The position numbers and the translations under genes were made by a program. A model generated the notes under the pieces. That model saw only the letters and a program-made list of their open reading frames with translations. It was not told the DNA's origin and ran no database searches. A stretch of 64,000 nt of DNA from Zygnema circumcarinatum SAG 698-1b (lineage: Eukaryota; Plantae; Zygnematophyceae), in NCBI GenBank assembly GCA_037447605.1, contig CM074813.1:310001-374000 (forward strand), written 5' to 3'. Below, piece by piece: positions 31,015 through 40,894 of this stretch (position 1 is its first letter; the number at the start of each line of letters is the position of its first letter).

Positions 31015-31053
31015 ATGGCCGCAGCTCTCGTAGCCGCTATCTTACTAGAATAA
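31015..31053 (+). pseudogene. 5' relic of a PstS-like gene (MAAALVAAILLE*), head-to-head with copy 2
   Basis: CTCTCCAGCC-ATG GCC GCA GCT CTC GTA GCC GCT and the upstream promoter match copy 3; the relic abuts the 3' flank of stalk gene B. Confidence 0.7.
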
Positions 31054-31271
31054 TTACTACATCAGGAATTAAGATTCATATAGCACACATGCAATGTCTA
31101 CACTTTAACAGTGCTATGGGCTAAACAAACTATAAAGTCCTGAAATCAAGATTCGAGGATCGTAACAACTATACTTATGTTACATCTGGGTCTCCACTTT
31201 CACGGCCACATTTAAATGTTCAAAAAATCACATGTAAATGATGAAGTTCCATATATATAGTATGCGGAGTC

Positions 31272-34200
31272 CTATTTCCTTTTCCTTGCGAAGCTGCCCT
31301 TCACAGACTCGCCGTTGAGGTTTTTGGCGCCCGACGATGCGAGCGCCGTCGCCTGCGCTGCCCCCACAACGCGCGCGCTGGCCCGAACGAATCGCGCGAC
31401 CTTGCAGTCGGCGCGGAGGAGGGCAGAGGCGCGGTACGCGGCGACGGGCCCGTCCAGGAACCCGATCGCGTCGTCGCCAGGCACCACCTCCGTACGGAGA
31501 AGGGCGTTATATTCGAGGGTTTGCTGAGCACTGCCACAAGACAAGCATCAAACCGGTGTTGGAGTTAGAAAGAACGGTATGGCGTTTGAACTCATCTAAA
31601 TAGTAAGATTCATGTTCTACGTAAAGCAAGCTCGAGTCGTGTCAGCCAGAAGGAAGCTGCAAACTCTTTAACAAACGAGGGGTGAATCAGAACTCACAGG
31701 CGGTCCCTGTGGTCTGAGCGGAAGGTCTGCCCGAGGATGCCATGAGCATTGTCGGACAAGTCCGCGACGGGAATCTCAAAGTTAATGTGCACCACTCCAT
31801 CCGTTTCTGTCCTCAAAAGCTCGATTTCCGGTCGCAGCGTGAGCCTCAGTTTGATCACTTCCCCGATTCTGATTTGGAACACATCGACCAAGTCATCGCC
31901 GCTTCGCATCTTCGCCGCGAGCCATCGCACTTCGATGTCTCCATTTGCGCGCGCGGCGGAGTCTCCCGCCTGTCCGAGCAGCACCTCTTCGCCGTCGATG
32001 GCAATGTGGCCAAGGTACCCACTGTCATACTGCCACCTGGCACCATCCCGTGCCGCGAAAACGACGGTGTGGTGCCCCCAAAGGATGGCGAGCCGTCGGA
32101 TCCATGTAAGGGCTTTGTGGGGGTTGCTGCCCCACTGTCCGTACCGACCTCCGTAATACATGTTGATGTGAAGGTGCGCATCGCTGATCAGGCAGAATGA
32201 TGCATTGGGTTCGCCTGTGCACAAGTCCAGCAAATGCAAAAGGTAAGGACCAGTCTTTCTCCCTTACTAGAACTAGGTAAGCAGTGTGAATTTCAAGCCT
32301 ATGTTTCTGCCAATATCTGGCAAAGCTGGCTTAACAATGTTGTCCTACCCGAGAAGTCAAACCGGGACCCATCAGCACCAGTGAAGTGAGGGTCTCCAAC
32401 GCCGCCTGGAACAAGCGGAGGGGGTGGAGCAGTGGTGGTAGGGGGGGAGGAAGTTTCTCCGGAAGAAACAGGCGGGGGGGGAGAAGGGGTTGGGTCGGCA
32501 ACGACTGGCGGAGGAGGGGAGGCGGTCGGAGTGGTGGGAGGTGGAGGGGGAGAAGGGGTTGGGTCGGCAACGACTGGTGGAGGAGGCGAGGGGGTCGGAT
32601 TGGTGGATGGTGGAGGGGGAGAAGGGGTTGGGTCGGCAACGACTGGCGGAGGAGGTGAGGCGGTCGGAGTGGTGGATGGTGGAGGGGGGGAAGGGGTTGG
32701 GTCGGCAACGACTGGCGGAGGAGGGGAGGGGGTCGGAGTGGTGGATGGTGGAGGGGGGGAAGAGACTGGTACGGAAACGACTGGCGGAGGAGGGGAGGAT
32801 GTCGGAGGAGGTGGAGGAGAAGGGCAAGTTCCAGCAGCGACCGTGAGAGCGTTGCATACTTTGTTGCCTATGCTGATGTCAGCAGTGTTTGACCCCAAGT
32901 TTGCGAGCACTACGGTGCTGGTGAATCCGTTCCCCTGCAGAGCCAAAGTGCCCACAAGTTGGGTCAAGACGAGAGTGCAACGTCCAGAGAATATGCTATT
33001 GATGTGGAGGGGCTTTCGGGGGCGAGAGGTGGGAGGGAGTTTAGGAACGTGAATGAAGACTGGGGAAAGGAAGGGAAAGAGAGAGAGAAAGTTAGGAGAA
33101 AGAAAGGCACAAAAAATGGTAGTTGGAAAGAGAGTGGCGGGGGTGGGAAAGGAAGGAAACAAGTCCGATGGTGGGAGGAATGGCATCAAGAGCGAGACTG
33201 GGGGGTGAGGAGAGTGATGTAACAAGTGGGTGGGAAATCGACAGCGGAGGGTGGAGGGTTGGCGAGGAAAACGTTGAGCCAGGTAAAAACTAAAAACAAA
33301 AGCAGAGGGGAAAAGAGAGCCTTGACATGGGGAGAGCACGAACCAGTATTCCTCCAGCATTGCACTGCCCGTTGTTCATGATGCTAACGGAACAGGTCGG
33401 GCTGGCCACATTCACAAAGCATCCGTCCACTTGCGCATTCGAGAGGAGGCCAAACAGCGGATTTCCGCCTATAAAAAGGGTGTTTAGAAACTTGGTGTTC
33501 GCTGAGACCAGAGCCGACGTCCCGGTTGCGCCAGTCAGGGTGACCTGCAGGCAGAGGGCATTCGTACACTTATTTTAACCAGATTTCCTCGCGAATAAAC
33601 GAGTGAGCCATCAAGATATTCAAGTTACATCAGCAACAGTAATAAAGCTCAAAGCATGTGCTAAACATGGTTATGAGTTGTGCTGCCCCTCACTCCAAAG
33701 CCTCCAGTGGAACTTGTAGTTCCGCTGCCCCACACGTATGTGTATGTCGAGACTCCAAGTGTGGTGGTTCTGAGCGTGCAGTTGATGGAGATCTGAAGCA
33801 CCAAAATCGATGGCACACATCACCCATTGGACGAATATATTTGAGAGGTGAACCGGCGTATTGAGCTGTTTATAGACTTGGAAATTTTCCAAACTCATTA
33901 TAAAAGCTTTAATGCGCCCTACAGTTCATTCTTCAAAAAATGAAGGTGCGATACAAGTGACTCATAGGAGGTTCGGTCGGAGTCGAGGCTAAAGCAAACG
34001 GGAAAGAGAAAATGGCAGAGCGTGGAGGGGGAAACAATAATTAGGGCAGCGAAATGAAAGAAGAGGAGGAGAGGGCGAGTACCGAGCTCGAGGTCGTGAA
34101 CTCGTCCGTGCCGACTGTGAAGGTCCCGTCGAGGCACCTGTCACAGTACGCGCTCCCCAAAATCGCACTGCCGCTCTGCTTCCCACCAGACCCACTTTGT

Positions 34201-34375
34201 CACTACATGCGATCTGCCAAAAAAGTTCAGAAAAAAATCAAAAGAAATGCACTGTGCTTTTATTTTTTGTTTCCGCATGCGCTAGAATAATTCGCAGCCG
34301 TACCACGGTGGGGAACAGCAAGTTCAACAGAGCTGCGCACAGCGCAGCCACTACTGCTCCTCTGTTCGAAGCCAT
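31272..34375 (-). CDS. secreted Ole e 1 + Ser-Pro4 stalk (~143 aa) + GDPH root-cap domain protein (copy B)
   Basis: MASNRGAVVAALCAALLNLLFPTV; GSAYCDRCLDG; stalk with four STTPTPSPPPPVVADPTPSPPPP-type units; GDPHFTGADGSRFDFSG/EPNASFCLISDAHLHIN..HGILGQTFRSD/..ADCKVARF. Confidence 0.88.
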
Positions 34376-35079
34376 GGCGCCCCTTTCTGTGTCTCCTGCA
34401 CTATCCTCCCTCTCCCTCTAACTCCTCTCCCTCTTCCTCTCCCTCTCCCGCACGGCGAAGTCCTCAAGCACAGGCTGCCAACACCCAAGCTCCGCTCCGA
34501 CTTCGAGCGCCGCCGCCGCCCTCTAAATCGTCCCCCGCCGACCGTACGGTAGCTGTCGCGCGCCTCCTCGTAACTGTCGCCGCGCGGCCGCCGGCCCACA
34601 GCTACAGCCGCGGCCTCTGTACGAACGGCAACTGTAAGGACGAACTGACGGCGGTTCCGTCGCCGTACGGCGTGGGCCGCGTGGCAGTCATTGGACGGAG
34701 CGCACCGATGCGACGACTTTACCGTACAGGCGACAAGACATGCCTTGTACAGTAAGGCGGAAACGACAACGATGAAGCTGAGGTGGTTCCGGGGATTTCT
34801 TTATCTATACTTTGTCGTTTATTGGTGAACGTTTTAGAAAGGATGGTCTGGTCTATGTATATTTTGTCGTTTATTGGGACAAGTAGTAGAGGCGGTGGTT
34901 GGGTATGTTGTATTTTGTCGTTATTCGCTGGTTTGACGAGCTGACGCGACTGACGTTTCTAGGGTTCGTGTGGGGACGTCATATTGTGGATGGCAAAGTT
35001 GGCGTTTTGAGGGATTGACCGTACGATCTTCATTGGAAGTTGTCTCCTTCCGCCAGCGCTGCATGTAACGTGTCCTGAA

Positions 35080-35454
35080 TAGGGATGGCCCGCGTTATAA
35101 AGTCCGACTATATTATATACTTTACAACGGGTTTAAAAGTAGTAATATAGTACAAAGTAAAACACTTTATTACATATATTATACCCACTCGTTTTGAACA
35201 ATTAACGACCGTACGACCGTACGAATACGGTCGTACGGTCGTACCATACCAAAATTAGGTCGTTTTGGCGTTGGCGTTGCGAAATGCGTCCGTCTGGTTC
35301 ACTCTGTCTTCACCGCATAATACCGTACAGTCGTACGACCGTACGCCCGTACATGTTGTAAAGGCGTTGTAAAGTATTATATAACAGCCGTTATTTAGTC
35401 GTCACAGTTATATAATATAATAGAGATTATATAGTCGTAATTAAGCCATCCCTT
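35080..35454. mobile_element. non-autonomous hAT (Ac/Ds-like) element
   Basis: TAGGGATGGC ... GCCATCCCTT ends with an 8-bp TSD GTCCTGAA (35072-35079 and 35455-35462). It carries internal CGACCGTACG subterminal repeats. Empty sites occur in the paralogous flanks near 26890 and 42350. Confidence 0.85.
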
Positions 35455-36900
35455 GTCCTGAATGAGATCTGAGACCCTCCCCAGCACGTCAGCAAACTGT
35501 GTATTGCGCTGTAACACCGGATTGAACGGCCGACCATGCACATGCACATTTCTCTTTAACTCGTAAACTTCTCTTTAGAAATATCTCAGTTGGGCCACGA
35601 CCGGCGTTGAAAATCTTCCCGATCCATGAAATCAGGACCGCACCGAATCTGTATATACTCAAAAATCTCAAATTTGATTCTGATTGGACGGCGTGAATGC
35701 TCCACGTCAGCACGCCATCGGCCAATCCGCCGTTTGTTGGCTCTGGCTGGACAGACGGCGCCAAACTGCGCCGGTTACGGGCCGTCCGACCGACGGGCAC
35801 GTCGGTCGCTTGGGCAGCGATCGTACGGACAACGGACGGACGGACGAGATTCATTCAAATTCCAAAGACTGGTCGACGTCCGTCCGCGTGGGAGAGCTTG
35901 GGGGCACAGTCGAGGACTGCTAATCGCACATACAATGTTGTTGCCTAGTCCTGGTATTTCATGTCCTCTTGTTGCCGTCCACAACCTAGATTGTGTGGAT
36001 TGCACACACCTCTGCTACCATGATATGATATGGTGCCTACCGTGCTTCAGATGTTAATTATTCTACTTGAAAAAAGTACATAGTCAGAGCATGGGTTTCT
36101 CGGATTTGTTTGTGATCATGGATGCCCCGCCAGGCTTCGCATATCAGCTCTAGGACTCAACCGTTGGCATATGTGCCAACGGTTTAGGGGAAGTGGAGGG
36201 CGGTCTGCTTCCACCATGTTAAGACGGCGGCCATTCTTCACACAAGAGCAGCGCGCGCAAGGTGAATTGCGAGAGAAGGACGGCCACAGCACAGCGCCGG
36301 GGCGCTCTCGCCAAGCACTTCAGAATAAATTCAAATGCCATTGTTGAAAAACAAACGATTGAGCAGGCTGGTCGAGTGATCGCATTACTTAGCCATCACT
36401 TCGCCGTTCAATATATGGTGAGAAATGCAGTCATTAAATTCGAAGGGACTCTTCATAACAACTTCCAGAGTTCCATATATTGACATTTCAGAGTGACTCC
36501 CTGATTTGCATGACAGGTGTATGAAAATATCCTTGAAAATGAATAATTGTGGGAGTAAATGCAAACAAAACCAGCCATTCAGCTTTAGTTTCAATTGAGG
36601 ACCAGCTTCTCATCCTCCAGTTCACAAAAGCAAGCTGGAAAAGGAGTACATTGCATTGATTAGAGCAGACACATTCAAGCCACACGACCATATCATAATC
36701 AAAACTCCAATCAGGTAAATGGGCATTGTATCGATCCTTTATTTTACGTCTACAATTACATCAAAACTGAGGGAAAAAATGCTGCTAAAGCGTGTCGTTT
36801 TTTCCGGAAAACTCACAACCCCACCCCTCCCCCAACCTACCTCCCGCCCACTCTGCAAAATTGGTAGTTACATACGCTGCTCTACATGACAGAGTGAAAC

Positions 36901-37122
36901 TTAGTTCTTGATGTAGTTTCCGTACTTGATGCCCTGATCCCTGTACTTCTGGGGAAGAGGATCAAAGTAGAAGTTGCCAGCCAATCCCTGGACGGACGAC
37001 CCCATGGCGTAGATGATCCACGTCTTCACAATGTAGCTGACAGATGCGCTTCAGTACGAAATGCGGCAGAATTCGAGCGGGAGAGCAGCAATGGGGTAGG
37101 TGGAGGGGCGGGGCCTGTTGAG
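36901..37122 (-). pseudogene. PstS copy 4 pseudogene, 3' fragment (~73 codons)
   Basis: Matches the PstS C-terminus but has GGA>TGA (ISY*), several missense changes and is cut by an LTR. Its promoter survives at ~38065-38260. Confidence 0.88.
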
Positions 37123-38062
37123 TGTTAGTGTACATAGTTAGTTCAGATTAGCATGTTTGTGTTGGCGCTTAGTTCCTAGGGGTGTGCTTCTAGGTGTGAG
37201 ATGTATGGGGGCGGACTTACTTCATGGTTGACTCAAGAGCGTGCGCGCGGAGGCGAGACCGACCAAGCTGCCGGTAGAGACTGTACGGACAGTACGGACA
37301 GTACGGACAGTCGACAGTGCGGACAGTACGGCCAGGAGTTCGACATTCAGTACCGCTCCGAGGACTCGGTCCTGGAGTACGGAATCGAGGAATGATGCGG
37401 CGCCGGAAGACGGCGGAGTCGGTGGAGGCGGCGGAGCGTACTTTGGGTACGGAAGTTAGTCCTTGTGGGTGACGGCGGGAAGTTCAGCTCGGCGGTAGAG
37501 TACATGGCCATTTGGGTTAGAGCGGTGGTGTTGGTACGTTNNNNNNNNNNTGGGTGTACTATGCATAGCAAGACACGAAGTAGTTTATTTAGGTTGTTTG
37601 AATAAGGTTGTTGCATGCATGGTCCCGGCGCGTGTGACGTGACATGGTCACGTCACAGCCCCATACTATATAGTGAGAGTGGGTGTGTAAGTTAGTAACC
37701 TTCTTGATATGCATTGCAAGGCTATGGCAGTTTGAGGGCATGGCTTTGGCAAGAGGAGGTGGACCTTTGTGAGGAGTCTCCGTGTGTGGAGAGCTGCCTC
37801 ACGTGAAGGTGAAGTGATCATGTGGTGAAAGCTTGACTAGGCTTATGGGGGCTTGAGTTGGAAAGCTTGTCATCATAAAAGGAGTTTTAGGCTGGGAGCT
37901 TTCTCCTACGTTTTTCTATTCCGCCTCTTGTGTGTTGTGTGTGCACTTGAGTGAAAAATGAGTGAGAGTGTTGCGGGCACCAGGAGGGAAGTTTCCATGG
38001 ATAGTGAAGAGGGGGAAAGGGTTGGAGACGAATTTGCATCTCATCCCTCTGCCCCTCTCACA
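37123..38062. mobile_element. LTR element (solo LTR or collapsed element spanning the N gap at 37541-37550)
   Basis: Begins TGTTAG, ends CTCACA, and is flanked by a 5-bp TSD TTGAG (37118-37122 and 38063-38067). TATA-like and AATAAA-like motifs lie inside. Confidence 0.8.
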
Positions 38063-38554
38063 TTGAGGAGAGCAGGGAGGGAGATGGGGAAAGCTTTGAA
38101 GAGTGGGGCAGGAGGAAGAGGAGACTGGCGGCTGCCACGTCGAAGGGACGACGGCCTCTTTATAGGCTTCTCGCCGCCACGCGGGGGCGCCGTCCCTGCC
38201 GAGAAAAGACCTCCTATGTGGCTAAACTGTCGGATAGATGCCGCCTATGGACGGAATGAGTTACCGATCAACAATGAGATTTTAGAGGATCGCAACGCGC
38301 GTGGACCCGGAGGCTCGTACAGAGTTTGTTGATCGGGTCGCCGGAGAGTTGTACTGCAAAACTGAGCCCGGGTGAACCGGATCCCTCGAATCGCATGGAA
38401 CTAACGTGGCAAATACTGGAATCCTCTCGTGCGACCGAGATGTCTCCATGTGACAATTATACCGAAATCCAGTATTTGTGGCGTATCACCATCGACGATG
38501 ATCGATAGATATTTCGCATTGGAGAAGAGTTTTGAGACTTGGCTTCCCGTCATG

Positions 38555-38636
38555 GCAATCTGAATTTGCTTGCTACGAAGTCTTGCTGTTTGACACTGTG
38601 CTAGTTCAGAATTCGTAGCAAGCAAATTCAGATTGC
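38555..38636. repeat. 25-bp perfect inverted repeat (hairpin) in PstS spacer 3; homologs at 24843-24906 and 29788-29851
   Basis: GCAATCTGAATTTGCTTGCTACGAA ... TTCGTAGCAAGCAAATTCAGATTGC. Confidence 0.85.
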
Positions 38637-38956
38637 ATTTCCGGGAAGCCAAAGAGTAGCCCCTCCGCCCACAGATTTAAAAAACTTGAGATTACATTTA
38701 CTGGGCCAATCGAAATTATGCCACGTAAGCATAATCCAAAAGCGTGCTGAGATTTGTCATATCTTGGATTTGGGGGCCACACGATTGATTCTCCACTTTT
38801 TTGTCGACATGTGCGTATACGGCACGCGTCACCGCCCGGTTGGCCGCAATGCTTCCGCGCGCTACTGTATTACGCCGGCCCGCACATGGCGAACCAGTCC
38901 GTACATAAAGACCGTACGAGCGGCCATGGGCATACGGCACGGGCAGCTTTCCAAGG

Positions 38957-38964
38957 GAATATTC
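38957..38964. promoter_or_regulatory. P1BS-type motif GAATATTC in PstS spacer 3
   Basis: Same conserved block as 25222 and 30181. Confidence 0.5.
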
Positions 38965-39779
38965 CAAGATGCTGTCAGCGCAGCATCCCGACAAAACCTC
39001 CCGTAAGTCCGAAGTGGTTGAGACAAAAAGTAGACCAGTGAAATTTGAACACACGCACATGGTTTTCGTACAGTTCAGACGTCCGGCCGTACATTCAAAC
39101 AGCTCTTCGGCCATTCTGAAAGTGTTTTATAATACGGCCAGACTTTTAAAACTTTTGATTGGAATTCTAGTTCCCGACACTGCGTTAAAGTAAACATCCC
39201 TCCCTAATCGTGACGCACATCTCGAAACTAGTACCTTATCACTCGAAAATCAAGAAACGCAAAGGCCAAATGGAAGTACTCCTTCGAGACCGACCTCGTC
39301 AGAGAACGTCAAAGCCTTCACCCGCTCGAAGGATCCACAATGTCGACATTTTCTAACGTCCCCTTCTACATGGTTGCCGCGAACCTTCCCAACTCAATTG
39401 TCAACTCAACTCAACTCAACTCAACAAACTCAGTTGTCGTATAACACATCGACAAAAGTCCCCGCAAGTCCCAACTATCGCATTCAACGAAGCCAAACCG
39501 CACGTGCGACAAGAGACCCACAACCGTTGGCCCCCGTCGGCTGCGTTTGTCGTATTCGTAAGACCGCATCTTTCGGCGATGCCATTCCGTCCATCGGCGG
39601 CATCTAACCGACGGTTTATGCCACGTAGGAGGCCTCTTGTCGGCAAAGACGGCGGCGCAGCGTGGCGGCGAGAAGCCTATAAAGAGGCCTCCGTCCCTTC
39701 GAAGTGGCAGCCGCCAGCGTTCTTCTCCTCCTGGCTCTCTCTTCCAATCTTTCCTCATCTCCCTCCCTGCTCTCCAGCC

Positions 39780-40894
39780 ATGGCCGCCGCTCTCATCGCC
39801 GCTCTAGTCCTTCTCTCAGCGGGTGCCGCGCAGGCGGCGATTGTGATTGGCGGAGCCACCTCCGTGGCGCCGGTAACCACCTGACTCTCCCTCCCTGCAG
39901 TGCTCCTGAATGCGTCTCACTCTGTTGTTGGAAAGTGTGTCAGTTTTGCATCTCCCATGCAGCTAAGACAGGCTCTGTGTCCCTCTGGCAGTACGTCGCC
40001 CAAGCCATTCTGAACGCCCCCAACCGCGCCAACTATGGCACGTACAAGTCCGTGGGTTCCGGCGCGGGAATCTCGAACTTCATCAGCAAGACCTACCAGG
40101 TGGCGTACTCCGACGTCGCCATCCCCTCCTCACAGGACGCCGCCGCGGGAGGCACGAAGAAGTTCACCATCCCCTTCTCCATCGCGACCTACTCGTGGTG
40201 CACGAAGAAGGCTTCTGTGAAACTCACCGGGGCGCAGATCTACGCCCTCCACGTGGCGAAGACGCGAGTGAACTGGTCCGCTCTCAAGGCTGGCCTCACG
40301 GGCCAAGTGACTCCCGTGGCGCGGTCCGACTCCTCCGGGTCGACCGAAGTGGTCGGGAAGTGGATCAAGACGCAGAACACCGCGTGGCCCACCGCCGCCA
40401 CCGGCACCAACACGTGGAAGGGCATCGCCGGCGTCTCTCCGTTCATCGTGTACGCCTCGGGGTCGGCGGGCATCATCGCGGCGCTCAAGGCGGACGTGAA
40501 CCGGATCGGGTACGTCCAGACCGGCATCTGCACCGTCGAGGCCGTCCCGGCCGCCGGCATCAAGAACCCCGCAGGGAACTACATTTATGCGGCGAGCGGA
40601 GCGGACCTCTCCGCGTCGCTCCCGACCACTCCTCCGGACTACGCCAGCACCGTGTTCGCCGGCCTCTCCCTCCTCAACAGGCCCGGCCCCTCCACGTACC
40701 CCATTGCCGCTCTCCCGTTCGAATTCTGCCGCATTTCGTACGGAAGCGCATCTGTCAGCTACATTGTGAAGACGTGGATCATCTACACCATGGGGTCTTC
40801 CGTCCAAGGATTGGCTGGCAAGTTCTACTTTGATCCTCTTCCCCAGAAGTACAGGGATCAGGGAATCAAGTACGGAAACTACATCAAGAACTAA
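39780..40894 (+). CDS. pstS: secreted PstS/DING-superfamily phosphate-binding protein, copy 3 (exons 39780-39872 and 39992-40894; 331 aa)
   Basis: Same exon/intron structure as copies 1 and 2, TATAAA at 39678, and 11 amino-acid differences confined to one segment of exon 2. Confidence 0.9.

Noticed and set aside
23349-40894. PstS genes as bacterial contamination
   Set aside because: They have a conserved spliceosomal intron, TATA/G-box promoters and eukaryotic TE insertions in their flanks, are interleaved with eukaryotic intron-rich genes, and have no operon partners.
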